From assembly GCA_036501085.1 (NCBI GenBank), contig DASYAZ010000016.1:8954-72953 (forward strand): DNA of 64,000 nucleotides, read 5' to 3'. Below are positions 9,394 through 19,240 of the stretch, in pieces; the stretch's first letter is position 1; every line of letters starts with the position of its first letter. Below the pieces are notes generated by a model. It was not told the origin of the DNA. It saw only the letters and a list, made by a program, of their open reading frames with translations, and ran no database searches. The DNA is from Pseudonocardiaceae bacterium. GTDB taxonomy: Bacteria; Actinomycetota; Actinomycetes; Mycobacteriales; Pseudonocardiaceae. The position numbers and the translations under genes were made by a program.

Positions 9394-10653
9394 TCAGGTT
9401 CGAACGAGCCGCAGCTCTTGCGGACCGTGGAAGATAAGGTCCTTGCCATAGCACACGGGATCGCTGGCCACGCGCAGCTCCGGAAGCAACGTCAGCATGG
9501 CATCAAGGCTTACTTCAGTCTCCACTCTGGCAAGGGCCGAGCCCAGACAGTAATGAATTCCCATGCCGAATCCACCGTGCTGACGGCGGGGACGGTCGAG
9601 CCGGAGGGTATCCGGCTCGCAGAATCGTGCGGGATCGCGATTGGCCGAACCGAGCACAATCGTGATCTTGTCACCACGACTGACATCGTGGCCGGCTATG
9701 CGTTCGTCGCGGTAGGCCCACCTGGTTACCATCTGCGCCGGCGGGTCGAGCCGGACCAGCTCGTCGATCACATCCGGCGCCAGGGCCGGCTCAATGAGCA
9801 AGATATTGAGTATCTCTTTATTTCGCAGCAGCAGAAGCACGATCTTGGACAACGCGTTTCGCATCGTTTCGTTTCCTGCCGCAAGAATGTGCACACACGT
9901 TCCAACCAGGAGGTCGTCGTCGACGGGGCAGTCACCCCACTCTGCGGCGAGAAGATCAGACATGAGATCTTCGCGCGGAATGCGGCGACGCTCGGACAGG
10001 GCAGCCCGAAAATACTCGTCCAGCGTTAGCGCCGCATCCTCAGCAGTGGCTAGTCGATTCTTCCGGTTACCAGGACGGAAACTACTCCCTTCCTGCAGCG
10101 CCGTCGTCCGTTCACACATCCATCTCCAATCGGCACGCGGCACCCCGAGCGTCTCGAGATTGACCAGCATGGGGACGACCGTAGCGAATTCACTGACGAA
10201 TTCGATACTCAACTGAGCCGAAATCCGCGCCACGAGATCTCGGACTATCTTCTCGGTTTTCTCGCGAAACCCTGCCCGCACTCGCTTCGCCAGACAATCA
10301 CTGACTATCGAGCGAACCATGGTATGCCGTGGCGGATCCATGAATACCAGCCAATTCTCGACGAGCGTACTGAGCACAGGGTGCTCTCGACCGACGATGG
10401 TCGCCGCGCCGGCCGCAGGAAGGGATCCGGGTACCGCGGCACGGCGACCGAAACCGCGCCCGGTCAGCACCGTTGCCGCCGCGTCATAGCGCATCACGAG
10501 CCACTCCGGCTCCCGGCCGGTGCCGGGTCGCATGATCCGGTGCAGGCCATCAGCATCACGGAATTGCCGGTAGGTAGGATAGGGATCGTCGATATTGTCC
10601 AGCACTAATTCGTAGAATTTCTCCGCGTTCAAACCCGGTGCACCAGCGAGCAT
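9394..10653 (-). CDS. Cytochrome P450 (StaP/RebP-like aryl-aryl coupling candidate by position)
   Basis: 419 aa. FGMGIHYCLGSALAR heme-Cys loop, AAGNETM I-helix-like motif, ExxR region. Lies immediately downstream of the chromopyrrolic-acid synthase gene. Confidence 0.9.
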   Translation of the reverse strand: MLAGAPGLNAEKFYELVLDNIDDPYPTYRQFRDADGLHRIMRPGTGREPEWLVMRYDAAATVLTGRGFGRRAAVPGSLPAAGAATIVGREHPVLSTLVENWLVFMDPPRHTMVRSIVSDCLAKRVRAGFREKTEKIVRDLVARISAQLSIEFVSEFATVVPMLVNLETLGVPRADWRWMCERTTALQEGSSFRPGNRKNRLATAEDAALTLDEYFRAALSERRRIPREDLMSDLLAAEWGDCPVDDDLLVGTCVHILAAGNETMRNALSKIVLLLLRNKEILNILLIEPALAPDVIDELVRLDPPAQMVTRWAYRDERIAGHDVSRGDKITIVLGSANRDPARFCEPDTLRLDRPRRQHGGFGMGIHYCLGSALARVETEVSLDAMLTLLPELRVASDPVCYGKDLIFHGPQELRLVRT

Positions 10654-10682
10654 GCCAGCTCCCCCTTTCCATCGATATACAA

Positions 10683-13600
10683 TTATCCGGATCTCATGCT
10701 CAAGAACTCGTCAGCGAAGAAACGTAGCAACTGCGATACAGTCTCGGTCAGCCCGGTCACCTTCGCAGCGTCCGCAGACAACTCGGCGAACCTCGCCGAG
10801 AACCACTTGGTCGCCACATCGCGGCGGGCGATGAGCGGAATCTCCCGATCCATCTCGAATGACGGCCCAGCGGTCCGGCCGGGACGCCCTGATGGCAACG
10901 TGACTATGTGCTCCCCGAGAGGCCGCAGGACACCGGTCATCAGGTCCATGGCTGCGTTCATGAGCCGGGATCGACGCAAGCTCTCATCCGGCGCATTACC
11001 GAAATGCTGCACAATGAGCTGCATAACGATTGCATACGAGCGATTGAACAGCTCCATCACCGCCCTGGCGTCCGGGTTGGTAACCAGGTCACTGGCCAGA
11101 TTTCCGGAACGCAACGTCGGATTGCGCATCACTGGATAGGCGGGATTCCAGGGTACCCGCCGACCACCGAGCCCGACGTACTCGGCGTTGAGCTGCTCCG
11201 AGATACGTAAAAACGTGTCAAAATGCGACTCCTCGCCCGGCGACAACGAGTCGATCATGTTTCCCTCTCCGTGCTCGGTGACGAAGTCGATCGCGAACAC
11301 GGCGCTGGGGACGTCGTCGACCTCCAATTGGTAGTCCGGGTGAGTCACGTTGAGCGAATCACGCATGAACAGATGATGCTCGCCGCCCCCCCGACCCGGC
11401 TCGACCGCGATGACGTCGGGGATTCGCTGGATAGCGTCACGAACAGCCGAGTACAGCTCGCTCAACGACCCGTACGGATAGGGTTTCACGGTCTCATGGA
11501 GAGAGGGATCAGCTCCCGAGATCTCGCGCACGAGCCCATACGGCTGTTCCAGCGCGACGAACCGCTGCAGGCTCCCCCTCCCGAACGCCTCCAGGCAGAA
11601 ATCCATGGGGACCGGTAACTGACTGTTCACCACTCCGAAGTCGATATTCGGCAAATGGAAGGGCTGGCCCGTGGCCATGATGATGTTGTTGATCACCAAG
11701 AAATGGATCATCTCTTCGCGTGCGACGCTCAGCAGATCGCCGCGCATCCCACCAGCCAACGAATGCGGGCCCTCACCGCATACCAGCCTCAGCTGCCGCG
11801 CGGTCCACTCCCCGCGCTCGACGTGGGTGACTCCGGCCGAGTGAGTCGGGAGGGACCACAATGCGTAGAGATACTGAAGCATCACTGCGAGCTCGATGGT
11901 GGCCGCCTGACGCAGCACCCGGCAGAGGTCCTCACGAGTCCTGATCGTGCCGGCCGCCACCGTGCCGGCTACCAGTGATGGAGGTACCTGCCGGGCCGCC
12001 TCGGTGACGTTCATAAACCGCAGCAGCAGATTGGTCTGCGGTATGGACATGTCCCGTGTCGAGGGCATATAGAAGGTCTTGTCTTTGTTTTTCGGGTCAC
12101 ACATCAACCAGATCAGCCGCGCATGCGTGGTGACCTTGGAGATGTCTGACAACCCCATGATCTCAGCCTTCATGAACGAGTACATCAGCTCGTAGTAAGC
12201 GAAAACGTCGCGGTAGACCCGGTCGAAAGTGACCTCCTCGAGCGGAACGTCGTCCAGGTACCAGGTGTCCGGCAGCACCCGGACGGACAGGAAACCGGCC
12301 GAGGACCAGTAGCGGAGCCGGTCGTCGTTGTCGTACGCCGACGCAGCCGAGCCGGCCGCGTCCAGATCGCTCGGCAGCGGGGTGCCCGCAGGCAGCAGCA
12401 GGACCTGCGTCGCCCCGGCTCGGCGTCCCCGGATGCTCAGCATCGCGTGCCCGGTGTCGTCGGTGGACAGCGTGGCCACGGTCCGGTATCGGGCCGGCGA
12501 ATCCTGCTGGGGAGCTGCGGCGAACTCAGCGATCGCAATGTCAGTGGACCGGGCCGTCGGTGCGCTGGCCTGCGGATCCAGTGGGAGCCCGCGGGGATTG
12601 AAGAACTGGTGGACCTCAATCCGGTCGACCCGCGCGGGGCGGCCGCGGACGAACGAGCGCACCGGGACCGTAACGGGGAAATCCTGCCCGGTTGCGGTGT
12701 TCGGATGCTCGAGGAACAGGCACACCTGGTCGGACTGGACGATCGTCTGCTCCTCGGTGAGCAGCACGACCCCCCCGGATGTCAGCAGTTGCAGGGGCTC
12801 ATCGGTGTCATCACCGCATCCGTCGAGTCGCGGCGCGACCAGCACACCCGCACTGTCCCGGAATCGCGGGCCCAGGTAGTGCGACCGCGGAAAGACCCCG
12901 AGCAGCCGGCCGGTGCTGGTGCGCAGTTCCAGGTCCCCCAGATCAAGCCGCGGACCCAACTGGTGGGTCGGCCCGGCCTGCCTGGTGGCCGCTCGGCTGA
13001 CGACAGGAATCGCTGTGATCATGTTGGCCGTCACGTACTCCGTGCCCACCGAAACCGTGAGGTTGTGCAGCGAGGTGCTCTGACCCCGGCGGTGCAGCTC
13101 CCGTCCGGTCAGCAGGCGCCCAGCGGGATACGTGCGCATCTCCAGCGCTCGCCACGGTGCAATGGTTCCGTGCAGATCCCATCGGTCCGGTGCATCGTTG
13201 CCAACCGGGTTCGCCATGTTGAACAGCGCGAACTGCACGAGCAGCCCGCTGAACTCCGCGGTGCCGACCAGCTCCCGAAGCCGGGATACCGCAGCCGAGG
13301 CGGTACTGCCATCCAGCCAGTCCAGCCGATCAGCCTTGTCCAGCACGAACTGATACACAACGGATCGGGCGAACTCCCGCCCCAGCGGGTGGGCATCGGC
13401 GTGCAGCACATGCCTCGGGTTCTGCCAGCGCGGCGGCGATATGCCGTACACGTCACCGGTGGCCAGGTATCCAGAATCGTGCGAACGACCGGAGCGACCG
13501 AGGCTGAGCTGGCCGACCATGACCGCAGTGGTCCAGTTCGAGGCAGGGTCCACGTCGAACACTCTGGCTCGGTTCGCTGTGGTCGCCAGGTGGTCGTTGT

Positions 13601-13961
13601 AGTGGCCCCACAGGTCCAGCTGCCGGCCGACGGCGTGATCGGTGGTGTCGATCTCACCGGGCGATCGTTCGCTGCCGACCACCACAGCATCGATCCAGAA
13701 GTGCCCGTTACCCCCGAAGTTCCAGCCCTTCCGCACGCCGAAGCGCCCGCCGGCCGTGATCGTGCCATCCGGTTCGAATCGCATGCTGCACCGGTCGAGA
13801 TAGTCGTGGTAATCCAGCGCGGGGCGCGTGACCGGAAACGGCCCGGAGTCGGTGAGTGCGCGGTGCGTGCCCAGGTCGAGTAGCCCGGACCGGGGTCCCG
13901 TGGGGAGCCGGGTGATGCCGGTACCAGCAAAATGCAGGCGTGGAAGGTCGAAGATGCTCAC
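10683..13961 (-). CDS. Chromopyrrolic acid synthase (RebD/StaD/VioB family)
   Basis: VSIFDLPRLHFAGT, LDLWGHYNDHLATTANRARVFD, YYELMYSFM, LIWLMCDP, FYMPSTRD, VMLQYLYALWS, REEMIHFLVINNIIMATG, GGGEHHLF and RSRLMNAAMDLMTGVLRPL all parallel VioB as I recall it. Start set to GTG 13961, which overlaps the upstream TGA (GTGA); the track ORF runs on to 14198 inside the oxidase gene. Confidence 0.92.
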   Translation of the reverse strand: MSIFDLPRLHFAGTGITRLPTGPRSGLLDLGTHRALTDSGPFPVTRPALDYHDYLDRCSMRFEPDGTITAGGRFGVRKGWNFGGNGHFWIDAVVVGSERSPGEIDTTDHAVGRQLDLWGHYNDHLATTANRARVFDVDPASNWTTAVMVGQLSLGRSGRSHDSGYLATGDVYGISPPRWQNPRHVLHADAHPLGREFARSVVYQFVLDKADRLDWLDGSTASAAVSRLRELVGTAEFSGLLVQFALFNMANPVGNDAPDRWDLHGTIAPWRALEMRTYPAGRLLTGRELHRRGQSTSLHNLTVSVGTEYVTANMITAIPVVSRAATRQAGPTHQLGPRLDLGDLELRTSTGRLLGVFPRSHYLGPRFRDSAGVLVAPRLDGCGDDTDEPLQLLTSGGVVLLTEEQTIVQSDQVCLFLEHPNTATGQDFPVTVPVRSFVRGRPARVDRIEVHQFFNPRGLPLDPQASAPTARSTDIAIAEFAAAPQQDSPARYRTVATLSTDDTGHAMLSIRGRRAGATQVLLLPAGTPLPSDLDAAGSAASAYDNDDRLRYWSSAGFLSVRVLPDTWYLDDVPLEEVTFDRVYRDVFAYYELMYSFMKAEIMGLSDISKVTTHARLIWLMCDPKNKDKTFYMPSTRDMSIPQTNLLLRFMNVTEAARQVPPSLVAGTVAAGTIRTREDLCRVLRQAATIELAVMLQYLYALWSLPTHSAGVTHVERGEWTARQLRLVCGEGPHSLAGGMRGDLLSVAREEMIHFLVINNIIMATGQPFHLPNIDFGVVNSQLPVPMDFCLEAFGRGSLQRFVALEQPYGLVREISGADPSLHETVKPYPYGSLSELYSAVRDAIQRIPDVIAVEPGRGGGEHHLFMRDSLNVTHPDYQLEVDDVPSAVFAIDFVTEHGEGNMIDSLSPGEESHFDTFLRISEQLNAEYVGLGGRRVPWNPAYPVMRNPTLRSGNLASDLVTNPDARAVMELFNRSYAIVMQLIVQHFGNAPDESLRRSRLMNAAMDLMTGVLRPLGEHIVTLPSGRPGRTAGPSFEMDREIPLIARRDVATKWFSARFAELSADAAKVTGLTETVSQLLRFFADEFLSMRSG

Positions 13962-15406
13962 GCTGATTCCTCGATGTGTCCTCGGCGCCCGCCCCCGGTG
14001 AGCCGGCGCGCGAACGAGTCGATCTGGGCCACCGCGTCGAGCGCCGACTCGATCCCTGCGTTGACCCACGCCGGGCTGGTCGAGCAATGCTCCCCGGCGA
14101 AGAACAGCCGGCCCTGCGGGGATGCGGCCCGCTTGGCCTCCTGGATCCGTTCCATGTCGGACACGCCCCACCGCCGTGCCGCGCATCCCTTGTTCCACCG
14201 CCGCTGGCCCCAGGCCACGCTCACCGTTTCCAGCACCGCCGCCGGATCCCGCAAGGGAGGATGCAGCGCCGACAGCTCATCGATAACCATCGCGTGCCGG
14301 GCCGATTCTGCGAGTCGGCCAACCAGGTCGGCATCCTCAGCGATCGTGTAGCTGCCCAGTAACACCGAACCCTGACCCGCGCCGGCATCCGGGTAGTAGG
14401 TCTGACGGCTGAGGCCCCCCGATGCAGATCCACCTCCGGTGATACCGTCCCGACGCCAGAAATCCTCCCGGCAGTGCAATGCCACCTTGGTCGCCGAGCC
14501 GTAGTCCAGCGTCGCGATGGCATCGCGCTTGTCAGCGCTGATTCCGGTCACGGGCAGCCCGCGGAGAACGGAGAACGGGATGGTGCACAGCACGATCGGG
14601 TAGCTCATTACCGACTGATCCGGCACACCGGCCAACCGGAGGCTCACCGCATCGCGCCGTACGTCGATACCGACTACTTCACGGCCAGTGCGGATAGCAC
14701 CGCGAATCCGGCCGGCGAACCCGTCCACCAGCTGTTCCATCCCCCCGACGAGGCTCAGCATACCGGTACCGGACTCCCGGATGAGGTCATCGAGAAAGCT
14801 CTCCAGCCGGCTGCTGCACGCACCTCTGAGCTGCGGGTACACCCTGAATGCCGCAGCAAGGTCAACCTGCTCATCCTGGTGGAAAGGGGCCATGCCCAAC
14901 TGGTCCGCCAGCGCCAGGATTCTCGGAAGGTCCCCGCGAACCAGCTTGCGTAGTTCCCGAGGAGCTAAAGCCCGCACCATCGCATGCAGCCATCCCACGA
15001 AAAGCAATGTGTCCCGCTGATAGACCTGCCCACCGGCGTATCTTGTGATGTCCTGCACCAGCGGCTCTGCCGCATCACGGACGCGGACCACACGCGTACC
15101 GATCCGCAGGAGGTTGTTGGGATCGCTCAAAATACTACGAAAGGGCCGTAGCTGGTGGCGAAACCCGAGTTCGGCCACGCAACGCAGAGTGAACTTATGA
15201 TCAGCAGGAATTCGCATGGCGCCGAGCTCGGCAATCGGACCCTCCGGACCACCGAAACGTCGGGTGAACACCCGCCCCCCAATCCGGGTGTCAGCTTCGA
15301 AAAGGACAACGTCGTAGCCGAGCTGCTCGAGCTCGTATCCTGCGACCACTCCAGAGATTCCGGCACCCAAGATAGCGATCGTGATCTGCTCGTCATATGG
15401 TGACAC
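13958..15406 (-). CDS. FAD-dependent L-tryptophan oxidase (RebO/StaO/VioA-type amine oxidase)
   Basis: ITIAILGAGISGVVAGYELEQLGYDVVLFEA dinucleotide fold, FFAGEHCS C-terminal amine-oxidase motif. First gene of the O-D-P run. Confidence 0.9.
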   Translation of the reverse strand: MSPYDEQITIAILGAGISGVVAGYELEQLGYDVVLFEADTRIGGRVFTRRFGGPEGPIAELGAMRIPADHKFTLRCVAELGFRHQLRPFRSILSDPNNLLRIGTRVVRVRDAAEPLVQDITRYAGGQVYQRDTLLFVGWLHAMVRALAPRELRKLVRGDLPRILALADQLGMAPFHQDEQVDLAAAFRVYPQLRGACSSRLESFLDDLIRESGTGMLSLVGGMEQLVDGFAGRIRGAIRTGREVVGIDVRRDAVSLRLAGVPDQSVMSYPIVLCTIPFSVLRGLPVTGISADKRDAIATLDYGSATKVALHCREDFWRRDGITGGGSASGGLSRQTYYPDAGAGQGSVLLGSYTIAEDADLVGRLAESARHAMVIDELSALHPPLRDPAAVLETVSVAWGQRRWNKGCAARRWGVSDMERIQEAKRAASPQGRLFFAGEHCSTSPAWVNAGIESALDAVAQIDSFARRLTGGGRRGHIEESA

Positions 15407-15667
15407 CCGTGCACCTCGCTTACACGCTCGACCGCACGCCTATTGTGGCCACCGATCGTCGGACACACATCCCCAATCGCCGTCGCGAGGCAACAGCCGG
15501 AGAACACCATCCTGCTATGGTGCCCCCCTGCGCTTGGCCTCCATCCCACGCGGGTAAGTAGATTCGTACGGCCAGACCGGTGGATCTACCACAAATTGGC
15601 TCGCGGCGACGGCCCTGTTCTGCATAGTTAACTCGCACTCGATTGTCGTTCGGAGAACAGGAGAGTT

Positions 15668-16711
15668 GTGAACGAGGCACAGCTGTCGACGAGCGTCCAA
15701 GAAAACCCATTGACACCCGATGCGATCATCGCCCTTGGGACCGCCTTCTGTGGCTCAAAAGCGTTACTGAGCGCTGTAGAGCTGGGAGTATTTTCCGAAC
15801 TGGCCGCGGCCGGCGCGCTCGATGGCGAGACGTTGCGCAAGCGATTGGACCTGCATCCACGCGGCGCGAGAGACTACTTCGACGCACTGGTGGCGCTCGG
15901 CATGCTGGAGCGCCATAACGGCCAGTACACCAACACCCCCGCGACCGGTCTCTTCCTCGATCGGTCGAAACAGTCCTATATGGGGGACGTGCTGGAGATG
16001 GCCAATTCGCATCTCTACGGTGCCTGGGGCCTGCTGACGGAAGGACTACGAAGCGGACTCCCACAAAATGAGGTTAACAGCGGAAAGAATCTATTCGAAG
16101 TGCTCTACACCAACCCGGTCACCACGGCACAGTTCGCCCGCACGATGACCGCGATCAGCATTAACACCGCCCGGGCGATCGCAGCTAAGTTTCCCTGGCA
16201 CGATCACCACAGGGTGATCGATATCGGCTGCGCCGAGGGCGCGCTCCCCGTGCAGATCGCACTGGCACACGAACATATCACCGGCGGCGGACTCGACCTT
16301 CCGAAAATCGAGCCGATTTTCACGGAATACGTCGAGAGATTCGGGCTCAGCGAACGGCTCCACTTCACTGTCGGCGATTTCTTCACCGATCCGTATCCAC
16401 CGGCGGACGTGCTGGTCATGGGGCATATTCTGCACGACTGGGACCTCGACCAGAAACGTCTGCTGCTGCGCAAGGCTTATGAAGCCCTGTCAGAGGGCGG
16501 TGCGCTCATTGTCTACGACCCGATCATCGACGACGAACGGCGACGCAACGCTTTCGACCTTCTCATGAGTCTCACCTTGTTACTCTCGACATCCGGAGGA
16601 TTCGAGTACACGAGCAGCGACTGCCGCGACTGGATGGAGGAAGCCGGATTCCGCGAAAGTTACGTAGAACATCTCGATGGTCCGCACTCGTTCATCGTCG
16701 GGCTCAAGTAG
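15668..16711 (+). CDS. Family-2 O-/N-methyltransferase, paralog of 864..1907
   Basis: 347 aa, same length as and gap-free against 864..1907 (roughly two-thirds identical by eye). VIDIGCAEGA, GDFF, VLVMGHILHDW. GTG start behind AGGAGAG. Confidence 0.85.
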   Translation: MNEAQLSTSVQENPLTPDAIIALGTAFCGSKALLSAVELGVFSELAAAGALDGETLRKRLDLHPRGARDYFDALVALGMLERHNGQYTNTPATGLFLDRSKQSYMGDVLEMANSHLYGAWGLLTEGLRSGLPQNEVNSGKNLFEVLYTNPVTTAQFARTMTAISINTARAIAAKFPWHDHHRVIDIGCAEGALPVQIALAHEHITGGGLDLPKIEPIFTEYVERFGLSERLHFTVGDFFTDPYPPADVLVMGHILHDWDLDQKRLLLRKAYEALSEGGALIVYDPIIDDERRRNAFDLLMSLTLLLSTSGGFEYTSSDCRDWMEEAGFRESYVEHLDGPHSFIVGLK

Positions 16712-16729
16712 CGGATTTCCACTCGATGA

Positions 16730-18358
16730 TCAACTGCTAACGAGATCGATCAAGAAATCAGGATCTTCAGGCAGGTTCATGCCACGCCAGGCAACGTGAC
16801 CGTCTGGTCTCACAAGCACCTGTGAACATCCATAGAGGCTGGCGAGATCATAGTTATTAATATTCTCTACAGCCAGCGGGACCGCGTGATCGGCAAAAAC
16901 CTTCCGCAGCCGCATAACATCGGGAGAGGGCAGGAAAGACAGCAAGACGAAACCCTCGCCGAACAAGTCCAGCATCGACTTTCCCGGACGCAACCAGCCA
17001 TGCGGCGCCCGGCCGCCGGGTAGCGCGCTGGTGACCCAGGATTCACCGGCGACCTCGCGCGGGTCAGCTGCGATGAGGTGTGATCGATAGCGGTAGCCGA
17101 AGTGAATGTCGGGAGCGTCGAACTCTCGCTCCACTCCCCCGGCTCGCAGGCGCTCGCCCAACATACGTCTGGCTTGAGCACCAGCCGCATTGTCGAACGC
17201 AATCTCTGGCGGCAGCTCACGGCGCAATGTCTTACCCAAATTCTGGTTGGACTGTTCAAGGCTTGCCTCGGCTACCGGCATCCGTTCACCTTCGTAGCTG
17301 TCCAGCAAACCTGGACCGGCCCATCCGGCTAATGCCGCGGCGAGCTTCCAACCGAGGTCGGCCGCATCGGCGATACCGGTGTTCATCCCGAAACCCCCTG
17401 AAGGAGACAACGTGTGCGCGGCGTCTCCCACAAAAAAAGCTCGATCATCCCGGTAATGATCCGCCACACGGTGGGTCAGATGCCACGGGACATCGGACAA
17501 CACCTCGATAGGAGTCTCCCACGCGATGGCGGTATGGATCAGCTCAGTCGGATCGCTCGTTACCGAACTGTCCTCCCCCGAGGCGGTGAGACGGTAGAGC
17601 TCGTTGCCGTCCATCGCCCGAAGCGGATAGCGCAGGACCGCCGGTGAAGTCAGAAAATAAACGAGCGCAGCGGCTTCGCCGAGCTGCGCTCGGAGACTCG
17701 GCGCACGGAAAAGTATGTTGCGGAAAACGCGGGGTTTGTAACGCGAATGGGCATTCACCCCGCAGGACTTCCGAATCCGGGAACCCGCGCCATCACACGC
17801 GGCGACATACACCGCTTCCACGGTGTGAACCTCCCCGGAGTCCAGGGCGGTCACCTCCGCCAGAAGACCGTCACTGCGCTGGATGATGCCATCCACCCGC
17901 CAGCGCAGCCGGATCGGCCCCTGTGGGTAGGTACCGAGCGCCTCGGTGAGCAGAGGGGCCAGCCAATGTTGCGGGCACACCTGCTCCGGTTCGGGCGTGA
18001 AGTGCGGCCGGGGGCGGGTACCGGTGGTACCGAAATCGATCCGGTAGATCTCGTGCCCGCCGACTGCCGTCACCCACGCGATATCAAGGGGGTGGTCCTC
18101 GGGCCAGCCCGCCTGGCGGATCCGGTCGGCGAGTCCCCAGCGGCGGAAGAGCTCCATCGAGCGTGGCCCGACCGTGCCCGCCTTAGGATGATCGACACGT
18201 CCGTCCGTCTCCTCGAGAAGTAAGAAGTCGACACCTCGGCTTCGCAGATCGAGACCCAATGCCATCCCAACCGGGCCCCCACCCACGATCAAGACATCTG
18301 TCTGATGATGCGTCTCATGCACGGTGTCATCTCTCTTCACGTCACGGACCGGCGACAC
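16730..18358 (-). CDS. RebC/StaC-type FAD-dependent monooxygenase (indolocarbazole C-7 oxidation state control)
   Basis: TDVLIVGGGPVGMALGLDL, GPRSMELFRRWG, WVTAVGGHEIYRI, ICPQHWLAPLL, VFRNILFRAP, WHLTHRVAD, GDAAHTLSPSGGFGMNTGI and REFDAPDIHFGYRY closely parallel RebC as I remember it. Confidence 0.9.
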   Translation of the reverse strand: MSPVRDVKRDDTVHETHHQTDVLIVGGGPVGMALGLDLRSRGVDFLLLEETDGRVDHPKAGTVGPRSMELFRRWGLADRIRQAGWPEDHPLDIAWVTAVGGHEIYRIDFGTTGTRPRPHFTPEPEQVCPQHWLAPLLTEALGTYPQGPIRLRWRVDGIIQRSDGLLAEVTALDSGEVHTVEAVYVAACDGAGSRIRKSCGVNAHSRYKPRVFRNILFRAPSLRAQLGEAAALVYFLTSPAVLRYPLRAMDGNELYRLTASGEDSSVTSDPTELIHTAIAWETPIEVLSDVPWHLTHRVADHYRDDRAFFVGDAAHTLSPSGGFGMNTGIADAADLGWKLAAALAGWAGPGLLDSYEGERMPVAEASLEQSNQNLGKTLRRELPPEIAFDNAAGAQARRMLGERLRAGGVEREFDAPDIHFGYRYRSHLIAADPREVAGESWVTSALPGGRAPHGWLRPGKSMLDLFGEGFVLLSFLPSPDVMRLRKVFADHAVPLAVENINNYDLASLYGCSQVLVRPDGHVAWRGMNLPEDPDFLIDLVSS

Positions 18359-19240
18359 GGTTCATTTGTGTTGTGACTGAGTGTGGTTCGTGGCCCGAGG
18401 TGTCGCATCCCGCGCAGTAGTGGGGTGAGGCAGGGCGGACCCTTCGAAGCAGGGAGCCATCCTGCGCACGCACGCAGATCCCATGGCGGGTTGGGCACCG
18501 CAAACCAGTCTGTGAAAGGAGCCGGACGGAGTTGCCGGCGGTGTCCACTCCCCCATCGGGCACGGCGGGCGGCCAGACCGAACGGGCGCAGGTTGCGCAT
18601 GACCGTTGATGTGACGATTGCAAGTCACCCACTCACGCTGAGTCTCAGGTGGGGGAACAAAGACTACACAAGTACGTAGGATACGGCCGGCCGGGACACC
18701 GGGTATCAAACAAAGCTTGATCAAACCTGTCCGGATAGATCTTTGGTGAGGGATGTACGCTAGAGAGAGGGTCACCATAATCAGCTTTATATCGGGCTCG
18801 GAGTTGCGTCCGAAGCCCGACAGCTGAAGGGGGAGACAGAGGTGCGCGGAGAAATTTCGGAGGCCAGCGCCGACGATTATTGCACGTCACGCCCGGGCCG
18901 GATATGAGCAGATTCAGCGAAGAATTCCGAGTCGGTTTCCCGTTCAGCCGCACACACGGGAGACGATGTACCGGACGTGACCACGTTCCGCGCAAGCGCG
19001 CTTTCGAACCGGGCAGACCGGGACTAGAGTGCCGGCCTACGCTCATGCACGTGCATATGCATGAACAACGGTCGACCTCATCCCCACCCAGCAGTTGTCA
19101 AGCACATTCCGAACTGCCGAGAACTCCACCGGTGTCGAAACCAGATTCGCGCCACGGGATCTATCCGAGACCGCCCGTCGTCAACCGGCCAATCAGCCAC
19201 GAAGGCGACGTCCACAAAGACCAGACAAGGTGGGAGCCGG

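Noticed and set aside
9385-9405. GGTTCGAAC motif suggestive of a tRNA T-loop.
   Set aside because: It lies inside the 3' end of the P450 coding sequence, and the flanking bases cannot form T-stem or acceptor-stem pairings. No tRNA-like cloverleaf was found in any intergenic region.
13962-14198. N-terminal extensions of track ORFs: 10683..14198; also 4816..7167, 1920..2804, 19061.., 43729..44754, 50377..51507, 54634..55812, 55667..56641 and 22992../23624../24390../24583..
   Set aside because: The extensions overlap neighbouring genes or look non-coding. Internal ATG/GTG starts with SD sequences, 4-nt stop/start overlaps, and homolog N-termini (e.g. VSIFDLPRLHF matching the VioB N-terminus) fit better.
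10683-15406. Alternative reading of the O/D genes as a violacein (vioABCDE) cluster.
   Set aside because: There is no VioE-like small protein. Instead a StaP/RebP-position P450 and a RebC-like FMO are present, which is the indolocarbazole logic.
18842-18907. 21-codon ORF (MRGEISEASADDYCTSRPGRI) with an AAGGGGGAG SD inside the long intergenic gap.
   Set aside because: It is too short and has no recognisable precursor-peptide features or partner enzyme. It could arise by chance. It is covered by the gap finding (18359-19240) rather than called as a gene.
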